DNA from: Nitrospinota bacterium
GTDB taxonomy: Bacteria > UBA8248
Length of the DNA: 64,000 nucleotides
Assembly: GCA_046581755.1 (NCBI GenBank)
Contig: JAYGFR010000090.1
Location: 3,067 to 67,066, forward strand
Direction: 5' to 3'
Below are positions 9,646-20,277 of this stretch, one piece after another (position 1 is the first letter of the stretch; the number at the start of each line of letters is the position of its first letter). Position numbers and translations under genes: made by a program. The notes beneath the pieces are model-generated. The model was not told the origin of the DNA. It was given only the letters and a program-made list of their open reading frames with translations, and did no database searches.

Positions 9646-10344
9646 TCAAGAGGGGCGGGAGAATTTTCCAACCGCCACCGTACTCGGCCGCAGCACCTCC
9701 TCGCCGAGGACATAGCCCTGCGCCAACTCCTCCACCACCACCCCGTCCAACGCGGGATCGTCCACCTTGATCGTCCGTACCGCCTGGTGGCGTTCGGGGT
9801 CGAACTTCTCTCCCTTTGTCGCGAAAGGCTTAACCCCGAGCGAGGCAAGCTCTTGGAAAAAGCGGCCCTGGATCAACTGCACTCCCTGGACCAGGGATTC
9901 GAAAGCCTCCTCGCTTTTGGCCGGGTCCGACCGGGATTCGCTGGCTGCGAATGTGGCCCGGACCAAATCGTCGGCGATGCCCAAAAAAGCGGAGACCGCC
10001 TCCTTCCGGGCCTGCTGCGTTCGCCTCTCCAACTCCCGCTCCTGCCGGGCGCGGAAATCAGCCGACTCCCTATCCAGGCGGCAGATATGCTCCCGGAGTT
10101 TCTCCTCGGCGGTAACAACCTTTTTTTCCAGCTCCTCGACATATGTGGGCTTGCGAAACACGGGCTCCTCTTCGGCCGGCTCACCGGCCGCGTCTGCCGG
10201 ACGGTCTTCATCCATCCAGATTCGCCGGCGATCGACGACCTTGGGCCCACTCTCCTGGCCGGCTTCCTCCGCCTCGAGGGCATCGGACTCGGCTCCGCCT
10301 TCGTTTTCGCCGCCGGAAATCGAACTCAGATTTACTCGATCCAT
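9646..10344 (-). CDS. grpE: Nucleotide exchange factor GrpE
   Basis: Acidic N-terminus followed by a coiled coil, then a C-terminal GrpE domain: ADDLVRATFAASESRSDPAKSEEAFESLVQGVQLIQGRFFQELASLGVKPFATKGEKFDPERHQAV. Confidence 0.85.
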   Translation of the reverse strand: MDRVNLSSISGGENEGGAESDALEAEEAGQESGPKVVDRRRIWMDEDRPADAAGEPAEEEPVFRKPTYVEELEKKVVTAEEKLREHICRLDRESADFRARQERELERRTQQARKEAVSAFLGIADDLVRATFAASESRSDPAKSEEAFESLVQGVQLIQGRFFQELASLGVKPFATKGEKFDPERHQAVRTIKVDDPALDGVVVEELAQGYVLGEEVLRPSTVAVGKFSRPS

Positions 10345-10374
10345 AAAACAACTCCCCCTAATTCTTTTCCTGAA

Positions 10375-11229
10375 TTAATGCATTTCCAGCAATCTTCGAA
10401 TCCGCTCCTCCATCGGAGGGTGCGTGCTGAAAAGACGCGCAAGCCCCTCTCCCGAGAGCGGGTTAACGATGTACATATGCGCCGTACTCTCGCTGGCGCA
10501 CAAAAGCTCCTCGCGTTCGGCGGCCTCCTCGAGACGGCCCAAGGCATTGGCCAATCCCACCGGCGTGCCGGCTATCCGCGCTCCCTCGGCATCGGCCAAA
10601 TACTCGCGCGATCGGCTCACCGCCATCTGGAGCATCATCGCCGCCACCGGCGCCACGATTGCCGCCAGCAGGAGGCCGAGAATTCCGCCACCGCTATCAT
10701 CGTCGTCGCTCCGGCCCCAGCCCCCGAAAAACGCCGTGAACTGAGCGATCTGGGCGATATACATGACCGCGCCCGCCAGGGTCGCCGCGACGGTGCTGAT
10801 GAGAATATCCCTGTTCTTGATATGGGCCAGTTCGTGGGCGGCCACCCCCTCCAGCTCCTCGCGGTCCAGCGTGCGGAGGACCCCCTCGGTGAAAGCGACC
10901 GCCGCGTGTTCGGGGTCTCGCCCCGTGGCAAACGCATTGGGCGCCTCCTCGGGTATGACGTAGACCCTCGGCATGGGGAGCCCGGCCCGCTGGGCGAGGG
11001 AAGAGACCATTCCGTGGAGTTCGGGCGCATGCTCGGGGAGGACCTCCTCCGCCCCGGTGGCGGAGAGAACCATCCTGTCCGAGTACCAATAGCTGTACCC
11101 GTTCATCCCCACCGCGAGGACCAGCGCTATCACCAAGCCCACGCGTCCGCCGACCAGATCCCCAATCCAGAGGATCAAGGCGGTCAGCAGCCCCAGCAGG
11201 AGAAATGTCTTGATCGAATTCGTGCTCAC
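10375..11229 (-). CDS. htpX: Zinc metalloprotease HtpX (M48 family)
   Basis: HEXXH motif [10 protein letters not shown], four transmembrane segments, and a C-terminal [14 protein letters not shown]. Confidence 0.85.
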   Translation of the reverse strand: MSTNSIKTFLLLGLLTALILWIGDLVGGRVGLVIALVLAVGMNGYSYWYSDRMVLSATGAEEVLPEHAPELHGMVSSLAQRAGLPMPRVYVIPEEAPNAFATGRDPEHAAVAFTEGVLRTLDREELEGVAAHELAHIKNRDILISTVAATLAGAVMYIAQIAQFTAFFGGWGRSDDDDSGGGILGLLLAAIVAPVAAMMLQMAVSRSREYLADAEGARIAGTPVGLANALGRLEEAAEREELLCASESTAHMYIVNPLSGEGLARLFSTHPPMEERIRRLLEMH

Positions 11230-11636
11230 CGGGCTCTCCGATTGAGCCGGACCAGCTTGGCCGATCGAAGCGGAATCATGGCCCCCTTCTCGGGGCCGAC
11301 GGTCCGAAGCCGATCCCGGAGATCTTCCATGGCCTCGCTCCGAAAAATATCCTCAAACTCGGTCAGGCGCTCAATCGCCAGGACCAGCTTTTCGCGCAAA
11401 TCAATAATCACTTCAACGCCCGCGAGGTTGACCCCCATATCCCGCGTGAGGGTGAGGATAATCTCCAGGCGCTCCAGATCCTTTTCCGAATACAGGCGCG
11501 TTTTCCCCTGGCTGCGGCCCGGCTCGATCAATCCTTCGCGCTCGTACATCCGTAGCGTTTGGGGATGAACATCGAACATTTCGGCCACGGCACTGATCGT
11601 GTACCTGCCGTCCTTCCTTTGTCCCCTGCGCGCCAT
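11226..11636 (-). CDS. hspR: MerR-family heat-shock repressor HspR-like
   Basis: [67 protein letters not shown] is a MerR HTH followed by an HspR-like tail. It overlaps htpX by 4 bp and follows the cbpA-like gene. Confidence 0.7.
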   Translation of the reverse strand: MARRGQRKDGRYTISAVAEMFDVHPQTLRMYEREGLIEPGRSQGKTRLYSEKDLERLEIILTLTRDMGVNLAGVEVIIDLREKLVLAIERLTEFEDIFRSEAMEDLRDRLRTVGPEKGAMIPLRSAKLVRLNRRAR

Positions 11637-11645
11637 CGCGATCCC

Positions 11646-12602
11646 CTAAAGGCTGACACCCATCATCTCGGAGCGAGGGTTAGAGGGATTTTTCCGATCG
11701 AACTCCCGGATCATCTCCCGGCTCACCTCGTCCAGATGCGTTGGAATCTTCACCTGCATCGTCACGTACAAATCGCCCTTTCCGCTCCCCTTCAGGCGGG
11801 GCGCTCCCTTTCTCCCGAGGCGGAAGGTCTGTCCGCTCTGGGTGCAAGGCGGAATGGTCATCTTGGTCGTTCCCTCGTAGGTATGAATTTCCACCCGAGC
11901 GCCGAGCATCGCCTCGCCGAGCGAGATCGGAAGGCTCAGGTAGAGATTGTCCCCCTTGCGCTCGAAGAATTCATGAGGCCGCACCCGGGTGATGATGAAC
12001 AAATCCCCCGGCGCGCCGCCGTCGGGTGAGGGCTCGCCCTTGCCGGCCAGGCGGATCTTTGAGCCGGTCGAAACGCCTGGAGGCACTTTCACCGAAATAC
12101 GCTCGGTCGTCCGGCGCACGGCTCCGTTTTGGATATCGGTCTTCGGGACCGTGATGGTGGATTTCATCCCCCGGAGCGCATCGTCGAATCCGATCTCCAT
12201 CGAATAGTTGACGTCGTTGCCCTTGGTCGGCCCCCTCGTCCCGGCCGAGCCCCAGTATCCGGACCCGCCTCTCCCGCCGCCGCCGAAGATGTTGCCGAAG
12301 ATATCCCCGATTCCGAATTCCCTGAGAATATCCTCGACATTCTGGGGTGCTCCGCGCGCGCCCCAAGGGCTTCCGCCCGCGAAGGCGGAATGACCCTGAG
12401 CGTCATACTTACGGCGTTTCTCCTTGTCAGAGAGAACGGCGTAGGCCTCGCTGATTTCCTTGAAACGCTCCTCGGCCCTCTTATCACCCGGGTTGACATC
12501 CGGGTGAAATTTTCTGGCAAGCTTTTTGAACGCGCGCTTGATTTCCAGGTCCGGCGCGCTCCGGCTGATGCCGAGGACTTCGTAGTAATCTCGTTTGGCC
12601 AT
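11646..12602 (-). CDS. J-domain co-chaperone without zinc finger (CbpA/type II DnaJ-like)
   Basis: J-domain with KDYYEVLGISRSAPDLEIKRAFKKLARKFHPDVN, a G/F region and DnaJ C-terminal domains. It has no CxxCxG repeats. Confidence 0.8.
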   Translation of the reverse strand: MAKRDYYEVLGISRSAPDLEIKRAFKKLARKFHPDVNPGDKRAEERFKEISEAYAVLSDKEKRRKYDAQGHSAFAGGSPWGARGAPQNVEDILREFGIGDIFGNIFGGGGRGGSGYWGSAGTRGPTKGNDVNYSMEIGFDDALRGMKSTITVPKTDIQNGAVRRTTERISVKVPPGVSTGSKIRLAGKGEPSPDGGAPGDLFIITRVRPHEFFERKGDNLYLSLPISLGEAMLGARVEIHTYEGTTKMTIPPCTQSGQTFRLGRKGAPRLKGSGKGDLYVTMQVKIPTHLDEVSREMIREFDRKNPSNPRSEMMGVSL

Positions 12603-12633
12603 CCGCCCTTACTCCCTCGGGGACGAAGCGGAT

Positions 12634-14568
12634 TTATTTCTTGTCCTTGTCCACTTCCTCGAACTCGGCATCCAGCACCTCGCCATCCGCTGAGGCGCCA
12701 CCGTCCGGTTCGCCGTCCCCGTTGTCCGGGGCGGCGGCGTCAGAGGCTTCGCCCGGTTCGGCCGCCTGTTTATATATCACCTCGGCCATCTTGTGAGAGG
12801 CGGTCTCGAGCTTGTCCTTGGCTTCGTTGATTTGCTCGACGGTGGCATCGATGTCCTCGAGCACCTTCCTGACCTCGACGATGGCCTCCTTGATCGAATT
12901 CTTGTCCTCTTCCGGGACTTTGTCCTCATTTTCCTTCAAGAGCTTTTCGGTGCTGTAGGCGATGGAGTCCGCCTGATTCCGGGCCTCGACCAGCGCGCGG
13001 TTCTTTTTGTCTTCATCGGCATGCTCATCGGCATCGCTGACCATCTGGTGGATCTCGTCTTCGCCGAGGCCGCTCGAGCTGGTAATCGTGATGGTCTGTT
13101 CCTTGCCGGTGCCCATATCCTTGGCCGAGACGCTGACGATGCCGTTGGCGTCGATATCGAAGGTGACCTCGATTTGGGGGACTCCCCGGGGCGCCGGCGG
13201 AATTTCGGCCAGGTGGAATTTTCCAAGGGTGCGGTTGTCCCGCGCCATATCGCGCTCGCCCTGGAGGACGTGCACCTCGACCGAAGGCTGGCTATCGGCC
13301 GCAGTGGAAAAGGTTTCGCTCTTTCGCACGGGTATCGTCGTGTTGCGGTCGATGAGCCGGGTCGTAACGCCGCCGAGGGTTTCGATACCCAGCGAGAGCG
13401 GGGTGACATCCAAAAGAAGAACGTCCTTGACATCGCCCGCGAGGATGCCTCCCTGCACCGCCGCACCGATGGCGACGACCTCATCCGGGTTCACGCCCTT
13501 GTGAGGCTCTTTGCCGAAGAAATTCTTGACCGTCTCCTGGACAAGCGGCATCCGGGTCGAGCCGCCGACGAGAACGACCTCGTCGATGGCGCCAGGCTCC
13601 ACGCCCGCGTCGTCGATCGCGTTGCGGCAGGGTCCCAGCGTTTTCTCCACCAGCTCTGCCGCCACCTGTTCGAGCTTCGAGCGCGAGAGCTTGAGGTTGA
13701 AGTGCTTGGGCCCCGAAGCGTCGGCCGTGATGAAAGGCAGGTTGATGTCGGTCTCCATCGAACTGGACAGCTCGATCTTTGCCTTTTCGGCCTCCTCGCG
13801 GAGGCGCTGGATGGCCATCGGGTCCTGGGAAAGGTCGATTCCTTGATCTTTCTTGAACTCATCGAGCATCCATTCCATCAGAAGCTGGTCGATGTTGTCC
13901 CCGCCCAGGTGGGTGTCGCCGTTAGTAGCCTTGACCTCGACCACGTTGTCCCCCACTTCGAGGATGGAGATGTCGAAGGTCCCTCCGCCGAAGTCGTAGA
14001 CGGCGATAAGCTGGTCCTTCTTTTTGTCCAGGCCATAGGCCAGGGCCGCAGCGGTCGGCTCGTTGATGATGCGCAAGACATTCAGGCCCGCGATTTTGCC
14101 CGCGTCTTTTGTGGCCTGACGCTGGCTGTCGTTGAAATAGGCCGGCACAGTCACGACCGCGTCCGAGACCGAGGTGCCAAGATAATCCTCAGCCGCCTGC
14201 TTGAGCTTTTGAAGAATCATCGCTGAAATTTCGGGCGGGGCATACACCTCGTTCTCAATCCTGATCCGCGCGTCGCCGCTGTCGGCATTAACCACCTCGT
14301 AGGGCACCATCCTGACCTCTTCGGGCACTTCCTCGTGGCGACGCCCCATGAATCGCTTGTTCGAGTATATCGTGTTCGTCGGGTTGGTCACCGCCTGGCG
14401 CTTCGCCACTATGCCGACCAGCCGCTCTTTGTCTTTCGTGAAAGCCACGACGCTCGGGGTTGTCCGGTTTCCTTCCTGGTTGGGGATCACGGTCGGCTGC
14501 CCGCCCTCCATGACCGCCACGACGGAATTCGTCGTTCCCAAATCGATTCCGATCACTTTTCCTGCCAT
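12634..14568 (-). CDS. dnaK: Molecular chaperone DnaK (Hsp70)
   Basis: [27 protein letters not shown], and full-length 644 aa with an acidic C-terminal tail. Confidence 0.95.
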   Translation of the reverse strand: MAGKVIGIDLGTTNSVVAVMEGGQPTVIPNQEGNRTTPSVVAFTKDKERLVGIVAKRQAVTNPTNTIYSNKRFMGRRHEEVPEEVRMVPYEVVNADSGDARIRIENEVYAPPEISAMILQKLKQAAEDYLGTSVSDAVVTVPAYFNDSQRQATKDAGKIAGLNVLRIINEPTAAALAYGLDKKKDQLIAVYDFGGGTFDISILEVGDNVVEVKATNGDTHLGGDNIDQLLMEWMLDEFKKDQGIDLSQDPMAIQRLREEAEKAKIELSSSMETDINLPFITADASGPKHFNLKLSRSKLEQVAAELVEKTLGPCRNAIDDAGVEPGAIDEVVLVGGSTRMPLVQETVKNFFGKEPHKGVNPDEVVAIGAAVQGGILAGDVKDVLLLDVTPLSLGIETLGGVTTRLIDRNTTIPVRKSETFSTAADSQPSVEVHVLQGERDMARDNRTLGKFHLAEIPPAPRGVPQIEVTFDIDANGIVSVSAKDMGTGKEQTITITSSSGLGEDEIHQMVSDADEHADEDKKNRALVEARNQADSIAYSTEKLLKENEDKVPEEDKNSIKEAIVEVRKVLEDIDATVEQINEAKDKLETASHKMAEVIYKQAAEPGEASDAAAPDNGDGEPDGGASADGEVLDAEFEEVDKDKK

Positions 14569-14654
14569 TTGTATCTAGCTCCTATGGATGTTGTGCCATT
14601 GATATTCCGTTTAAATCATTTTCCTTCCGGCCGCCCTCCAGGGGGGTCGGATTC

Positions 14655-14669
14655 CCTTGGGTCCCAAGG
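14655..14669. promoter_or_regulatory. Perfect 15-bp palindrome CCTTGGGTCCCAAGG between the clpB stop and the dnaK start
   Basis: The palindrome lies 5 nt downstream of the clpB stop, inside the 105-bp clpB-dnaK spacer. No U-tract follows it. It could be an operator or a hairpin. Confidence 0.25.
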
Positions 14670-14673
14670 ATAT

Positions 14674-17304
14674 TCATCCCTGGGAAGGTACCGCCTCGGC
14701 CTCTTTCGACACGGTGAAGGTGAGTTCCTCCTCGCCCTCGCGGTAGTCGGCATCGACGGTATCGCCCGGGCGGCACTCGCCCCCCAGGAGTTTCTTGCTG
14801 AAGGGGTTGAGAACATAGGTCTGAATCGCCCGCTTGAGCGGCCGGGCGCCGTAGAGCGGGTCGTAGCCGCGCTCGGCCAGGAAATCTTTGGCCGCCTCGC
14901 TCAGATGAAGCGTGACGCGCTGCTCGGCGATGCGGTCCTGGAGGCGGCGGAACTGGATTTCCACGATCTCGCGAATCTGTGCCTTTTCCAGTGCCTCGAA
15001 CGGTATCACCTCGTCGATCCGGTTCAGGAACTCGGGCCGGAACACATGACGAAGCGCCGCCAGCGCCGATTTCGAGTCCTTTGTCTCGACAGCGCCGGAC
15101 GGCAAAAAACCCATCGGCGCCGATGAGAGCTCCTCGGTCCCCACGTTGCTCGTCATGATGATGACGGTGTTGCGGAAATCGACCGTCCGCCCGTGGCCGT
15201 CGGTGAGGCGCCCATCGTCGAGCACCTGAAGAAGCAGATTGAACACCTCGGGGTGGGCCTTTTCGATCTCATCGAACAAAAGAACCGCGTAGGGCCGTCT
15301 CCGGACGATCTCGGTCAGATGGCCGCCCTCGTCGTATCCCACATACCCCGGCGGCGCTCCGATCATCCGCGCGACCGAGTGTTTTTCCATGTACTCGCTC
15401 ATATCGATGCGGATCATGGCCGCCTCGTCGTCGAACAAAAACTCCGCCAGCGCCCGGGCGAGTTCGGTCTTACCCACGCCCGTGGGGCCCAGGAAGATGA
15501 ACGAGCCGATGGGCCGGTCCGGCTCGGTGATGCCCGCCCGCGCCCGGCGGAGAGCCTCGGAGACGGCCTCGACGGCACGAGACTGCCCGATGATGCGCTG
15601 GTGAAGGCGATCCTCCATCTGGAGAAGCTTTTCGCGCTCCCCTTCGAGGAGCCGCGTCACCGGAACGCCGGTCCAGCGGCTCACGATGGCGGCGATATCT
15701 TCCTCACCCACCTCTTCCTTCAGCATCCGGTTTTCGCCTTGCTGGAGGCTCGCGCTGGCTTTTTCCAGTTTGCTTTCGAGGCCAATGATCTCGCCGTAGC
15801 GAATCTCCGCCGCACGGCCCAGATCGCCATCGCGCTCGGAGCGCTCGGCTTCGGCCTTGAGGCCTTCGATCCGCTCTTTGAACTCCCGGATCCGGCCAAG
15901 ACTCCTCTTCTCATTGGACCAGTGCGAGCGAAGGGCTTCGGCCTCCTCCTTCAACACGCCGATCTGGTCACGAATCTCCTTGAGTCGCTCGGCGCTTTCG
16001 AGATCCTCTTCTTTCTCCAGGGCGCGTTCTTCGATCTGAAGGCGAAGCAGGGCGCGTTCTTTCCGGTCGATCTCCTCGGGCAGGCTGTCGATTTCGATCC
16101 GAAGGGCGCTGCCCGCCTCGTCGATCAGGTCGATGGCCTTGTCCGGCAGCTGGCGATCGCTGATATAGCGGTGCGACAGGGCGGCCGCCGACACAAGGGC
16201 GCTGTCGAGGATGCGCACTCCGTGATGCACCTCGTAGCGTTCCTTAAGGCCACGGAGGATCGAAACCGTGTCCTCCACGGTCGGCTCACCGACGAGAACC
16301 GGTTGGAACCGGCGCTCGAGAGCGGCGTCTTTTTCGATGTACTTGCGGTATTCGTCCAGCGTGGTGGCGCCGATGCAGTGGAGCTCGCCCCTGGCCAGCG
16401 CGGGCTTGAGGAGGTTGGAGGCATCGATCGCGCCCTCGGCGGCACCCGCCCCGACGACGGTATGGAGTTCGTCGATGAAAAGGATGATCTCGCCCGCGGA
16501 GTCGCTCACCTCCTTGAGAACTGCCTTGAGCCGGTCCTCGAACTCACCGCGGTACTTCGTGCCGGCGATGAGCGCCCCGATGTCCAGCGACAAGAGGCGC
16601 TTGTCCTTGAGCCCCTCGGGAACGTCCCGGTTCACGATCCGCAGGGCGAGGCCTTCGGCAATCGCCGTTTTGCCCACGCCCGACTCGCCGATAAGCACAG
16701 GGTTGTTCTTGGTGCGCCTCGAAATAACCTGCATGAGGCGCCGAATCTCCGTATCGCGGCCGATAACCGGATCGAGCTTCCCGGCGCGCGCCCTTTCGGT
16801 CAAGTCGATAGCGAATCGCTCAAGGGACTGATACCGGCTTTCGGCGTCCGGGTCCGTGACGCGCTGGTTGCCGCGAATATCCTTGAGCGCTTCGAGCACT
16901 TTCTCGCGGGTCAGTCCAAGGCGGGCGAATACTGGGGCCACATCCTCCTGGCGCCGGTTGAATCCGGCGAGAACGAAATGCTCACCGCTCACATATTCAT
17001 CCGAGAGGACCTTGGCCTCGGCCTCGGCGGCCTCGAGGAACCGTTTGAGTTCCGAGGCCAGATAAACCTCCACCCCCCCGTCAACTTGAGGCAGCTTTTT
17101 GAGGAAAAGGTCCATCTCCTTGTGCAGCGCGTCCGGGTCCACCCCGGCCTTGCCCACGAGAACGCTGACGACGCCGTCCGGCTGCTCTAAAAGGGCCAGA
17201 ATCAGGTGGGCCGGCATCATCCCCTGGTGGCCTCTCCTCTCGGAAATCTCGTGTGCCGATTCGAGGGCTTCGTGAGTTTTATTCGTATACCGATCAAATT
17301 TCAT
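14674..17304 (-). CDS. clpB: ATP-dependent chaperone ClpB (AAA+ disaggregase)
   Basis: Two AAA+ modules ([15 protein letters not shown]; [15 protein letters not shown]) and a coiled-coil middle domain. Start taken at MKFDRYT, which is Met15 of the listed ORF. Confidence 0.9.
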   Translation of the reverse strand: MKFDRYTNKTHEALESAHEISERRGHQGMMPAHLILALLEQPDGVVSVLVGKAGVDPDALHKEMDLFLKKLPQVDGGVEVYLASELKRFLEAAEAEAKVLSDEYVSGEHFVLAGFNRRQEDVAPVFARLGLTREKVLEALKDIRGNQRVTDPDAESRYQSLERFAIDLTERARAGKLDPVIGRDTEIRRLMQVISRRTKNNPVLIGESGVGKTAIAEGLALRIVNRDVPEGLKDKRLLSLDIGALIAGTKYRGEFEDRLKAVLKEVSDSAGEIILFIDELHTVVGAGAAEGAIDASNLLKPALARGELHCIGATTLDEYRKYIEKDAALERRFQPVLVGEPTVEDTVSILRGLKERYEVHHGVRILDSALVSAAALSHRYISDRQLPDKAIDLIDEAGSALRIEIDSLPEEIDRKERALLRLQIEERALEKEEDLESAERLKEIRDQIGVLKEEAEALRSHWSNEKRSLGRIREFKERIEGLKAEAERSERDGDLGRAAEIRYGEIIGLESKLEKASASLQQGENRMLKEEVGEEDIAAIVSRWTGVPVTRLLEGEREKLLQMEDRLHQRIIGQSRAVEAVSEALRRARAGITEPDRPIGSFIFLGPTGVGKTELARALAEFLFDDEAAMIRIDMSEYMEKHSVARMIGAPPGYVGYDEGGHLTEIVRRRPYAVLLFDEIEKAHPEVFNLLLQVLDDGRLTDGHGRTVDFRNTVIIMTSNVGTEELSSAPMGFLPSGAVETKDSKSALAALRHVFRPEFLNRIDEVIPFEALEKAQIREIVEIQFRRLQDRIAEQRVTLHLSEAAKDFLAERGYDPLYGARPLKRAIQTYVLNPFSKKLLGGECRPGDTVDADYREGEEELTFTVSKEAEAVPSQG

Positions 17305-17393
17305 CGTCTGAAATCCATAACTAGGGCCGCCGGCAGAGGGGCTCACCCGTTTAAAGACGGCAGGCCCTACAAGGACCCGTTCAATCGTTACGA

Positions 17394-17422
17394 AATATAA
17401 TATCTGAGTGGAAAACTGTCAA
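17394..17422 (-). promoter_or_regulatory. Strong sigma70-type promoter upstream of clpB (TTGACA-17-TATATT on minus strand) in an AT-rich UP-like region
   Basis: Reverse complement reads aaaagTTGACAgttttccactcagatatTATATTtcg. An AT-rich tract lies immediately upstream at 17425-17470. Confidence 0.5.
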
Positions 17423-17749
17423 CTTTTATTATGTTATTTATATATATTAAAATAATTCTTTTACATTCAGTATGTTGCATGTTTATCCGGTATGAAACCT
17501 GTCATCCCACGCACTTTTTCTCTGCTGAGCGTTCCTGGACATGGGCGAAATATGGCGTATTTTATGCTGAATCCGGCGGCGAACCGTCAATCCCTCCCGC
17601 CTTGATCTTGAAAAAATGTATGGATCCTTTGACTTTACGCATCATTCCAGATATATATGACAAGGTTGGTCAAGTTCCCACGGCGTATGAAAGGCGGGAA
17701 AATAGGCCGGGGCACCATAAATGGACGCATTCATTGGGGGAGTTGCCGA

Positions 17750-18238
17750 ATGCAAATCAGCCGGGCAGGCGACTATGCGTTGCGGGCGGTGATCTACCTT
17801 TCGCGGCAAGATTCCGGGCGGCTCGCCACCATCGGGGAGATTGCCCACGCCCAGCAGATTCCCCAGGCATTCCTCCCCAAGCTGATGTCGATGCTCATCA
17901 AGGCGAAGGTGGTCCAATCGGCCCAGGGCCCCAAGGGAGGATACCGGCTGGCCAGGCCATCGGCCGAGATCAATTTCCTCGATGTCATCCAGGCCATCGA
18001 CGGCCCCATTTCGCTGGTCATGTGCCAGGACGGGGAGACCTGTTGCGAGATCGAAGAATTCTGTACCATGAACGAGGTCTTCGCGTTAGCCCAGAAGCAA
18101 TTGACCGACTTCTTCCGGGATTTCACCTTCGCCGATTTGCCCCTCCAGGTAGAAGGGGTGTTGACTGACGAAAACCTGGAACGTGGATTGACCCAACTGG
18201 CGGGGAAGTCCAAACGAAGGAAGAGCAATTCCCTCTGA
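17750..18238 (+). CDS. Rrf2-family transcriptional regulator (IscR/NsrR-like, Cys-containing)
   Basis: MQISRAGDYALRAVIYLSRQ...IGEIAHAQQIPQAFLPKLMSMLIKAKVVQSAQGPKGGYRLARP. The Cys cluster CQDGETCCEIEEFC suggests Fe-S sensing. Start taken at Met32 of the listed ORF. Confidence 0.75.
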   Translation: MQISRAGDYALRAVIYLSRQDSGRLATIGEIAHAQQIPQAFLPKLMSMLIKAKVVQSAQGPKGGYRLARPSAEINFLDVIQAIDGPISLVMCQDGETCCEIEEFCTMNEVFALAQKQLTDFFRDFTFADLPLQVEGVLTDENLERGLTQLAGKSKRRKSNSL

Positions 18239-18317
18239 GGCGAAAAAAGCCGAGGGCAAATTTTTCGAAATTTTTTTTCCATTTGCAACGATGAGCCACC
18301 CATAGGAGAAACACTCG

Positions 18318-18695
18318 ATGTCCGACACCGCGATCAACCTGTTCGATGCCACCCAGCCCGAAACCCGCGAGGGAATCTCGATAACCCCCGCGGCGGAAGC
18401 CAAGGTCCGGGAGCTTATCGAAGCCGAGGGAAAACCCGGCCTCGGCCTGCGCGTCTCCGTGACGGCGGGCGGATGCTCGGGGTACAGCTACGGTCTCTAT
18501 TTCGACGAATCGACCGATCCGAACGAAAAAGTAATCGAAGCCGATGGGTTCAAAATCTTTGTCGATGCCAACAGCTACGGCATGCTGAGCGGATCGGTCA
18601 TCGAATTCGTGGACACCCTTGAGGGCTCGGGATTCAAGGTCGAAAACCCGAACGCTACGGGAACCTGCGGCTGCGGCAGCTCGTTCACGGTCTAG
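18318..18695 (+). CDS. A-type iron-sulfur cluster carrier (IscA/ErpA/HesB family)
   Basis: GLRVSVTAGGCSGYSY...C-terminal NPNATGTCGCGSSF(T)V signature of HesB/IscA. Confidence 0.85.
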   Translation: MSDTAINLFDATQPETREGISITPAAEAKVRELIEAEGKPGLGLRVSVTAGGCSGYSYGLYFDESTDPNEKVIEADGFKIFVDANSYGMLSGSVIEFVDTLEGSGFKVENPNATGTCGCGSSFTV

Positions 18696-18731
18696 TCCAT
18701 CCTTCAGGAGCATTCCGGCCCTGGCGTAGCG

Positions 18732-20186
18732 ATGCCGCCCACCGGAAAGGAAGCGAACTTGAACGAGGCGCCAGGCCGAAAGACTGCTCCCTGGAGGGCT
18801 CCTGGAGCAATCCTTCTCATCTCTTGCTACGAGTTGGGCCATCAGCCCATCGGGCTGGCCTCCCCACTCGCCTTCCTTCGCCGCGCCGGCTACGCGCCCG
18901 CCGCTCTTGATCTGGCCGTCGAGCCCTTTTCCCCGGAGCGGGCGGCGGAGGCCCTCTTCGCCGGCATCAGCGTTCCGATGCACACCGCCCTCCGCCTCGG
19001 CGTCGCCACCGCCCAAAAAATCCGCGAAGCCAACCCTTCATGCCATATCTGTTTTTACGGCCTCTATGCGGCCCTGAACGCCGGCTACCTGGTCGAACAT
19101 GTGGCCGGCTCCGTCATTGGTGGCGAATACGAAACCCCGCTAGAGGAGCTGATCGGCGCCCTGGAGGGCGCCCGGCCCCCATCCTCGGTCCCCGGCGTCG
19201 GGACCGCAAAGCAGCCGGCCGCCCCCTATCTCCATAAAATTCCGCTCCTCCCCCCCCGCCGCGAGGAGCTTCCGCCGCTTCACTCCTATGCCCACCTTCT
19301 CAAGAATGGCGCGGCCCTCCCGGCGGGAACGGTCGAGGCCAGCCGGGGCTGTAAGCATCTTTGCCTGCACTGCCCCATCCCGCCCGTTTACGGCGGACGC
19401 TTCTATGTCGTCCCACGCGAAATCGTCTTGGAGGATATCCGCACCCTTGCGACCCAGGGGGCGAAGCACATCACTTTCGCCGACCCCGACTTCCTGAACG
19501 GGCCGGCCCACGCGATGCGCATCGCGCGGGCGCTCCACGAAGATTTCCCCGCGCTCACCTTCGATTTCACGGCCAAGGTCGAGCACCTGGCGCGGCACGA
19601 AGACCTGCTCTTCGAGCTGGGCGCCCTGGGGTGCGTGTTTATCGTCACCGCCCTCGAATCCCTGAGCGATGGGGTCCTCGAACAACTCGTCAAGGGACAC
19701 ACCCGCGCCGAGGCCGGGCGCGCCGTTCGGGCCGCCCGAGCGGCGGGCATCTCCATCCGGCCCACCCTCGTATCCTTCACCCCCTGGACCACGGCGGATG
19801 ATTACCTCGACGTGCTTGATTTCGTGGAAGAGTTCGGTCTCATCGACGAGGTGGACCCCATCCAGTACGCCATCCGGCTGCTTATCCCGCCGGGCTCGAA
19901 CCTGCTGGGCCGGCCCGCGCTTGTGCCCCATCTCGGGGAGTTCGATCCGGAAAACTTCATCCACCGCTGGACCCATCCGGACCCGCGCATGGATCGGCTC
20001 CACGGGGAAACCCTCGCCATCGCCGAGGAGGCCGCCGAAAATGACGAAGACCCCGCCCTCACCTTCGGGCGGATTCGCGGGGCCGCCGCCGCCATCTTGG
20101 AGCGGCCCGATCGCGCGGGGTCGCCCCCCTCCCTCGCACCGGATCGCCTCCGTCCACCCCGCCTCACCGAATCGTGGTTCTGCTGA
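18732..20186 (+). CDS. B12-binding-domain-containing radical SAM protein
   Basis: N-terminal Rossmann-like B12-binding-type domain (AILLISCYELGHQPIGLASPLAFLRRAGY). Radical SAM CxxxCxxC motif (CKHLCLHCP) near residue 205. Confidence 0.65.
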   Translation: MPPTGKEANLNEAPGRKTAPWRAPGAILLISCYELGHQPIGLASPLAFLRRAGYAPAALDLAVEPFSPERAAEALFAGISVPMHTALRLGVATAQKIREANPSCHICFYGLYAALNAGYLVEHVAGSVIGGEYETPLEELIGALEGARPPSSVPGVGTAKQPAAPYLHKIPLLPPRREELPPLHSYAHLLKNGAALPAGTVEASRGCKHLCLHCPIPPVYGGRFYVVPREIVLEDIRTLATQGAKHITFADPDFLNGPAHAMRIARALHEDFPALTFDFTAKVEHLARHEDLLFELGALGCVFIVTALESLSDGVLEQLVKGHTRAEAGRAVRAARAAGISIRPTLVSFTPWTTADDYLDVLDFVEEFGLIDEVDPIQYAIRLLIPPGSNLLGRPALVPHLGEFDPENFIHRWTHPDPRMDRLHGETLAIAEEAAENDEDPALTFGRIRGAAAAILERPDRAGSPPSLAPDRLRPPRLTESWFC

Positions 20187-20277
20187 GCGGAACCCACCGA
20201 GGGCCAGTTGGCCCTCTAGCCACAAACGGCGGGAGGTCCCCCGCTTATCTCATGTACTGAAAAATGGAAGCTGTCCG

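Noticed and set aside
9787-11568. Very long ORFs on the strand opposite to established genes. Examples are 9787-11568(+), 12793-14226(+), 15193-17190(+), 32534-35164(-), 21562-22485(-), 43615-45552(+), 46138-47673(+) and 61683-63242(+).
   Set aside because: Each lies antisense to a strongly conserved gene (grpE/htpX, dnaK, clpB, valS, BI-1, ffh, PASTA/rsmB, argJ). Their translations are Arg/Pro/Gly-rich low-complexity sequence, typical of stop-poor mirror frames in high-GC DNA.
14616-14816. Short ORFs overlapping the clpB 3' end and the clpB-dnaK spacer (14582-14776, 14616-14816)
   Set aside because: They are alternative-frame artefacts over the clpB C-terminus and the regulatory spacer.
17394-17422. 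Possible HspR HAIR site overlapping the clpB promoter (GTTGACA-N7-ACTCAGA)
   Set aside because: The N7 spacing matches HAIR, but the two half-sites are not inverted repeats of each other. The left half is simply the -35 hexamer. Only ACTCA matches the consensus.
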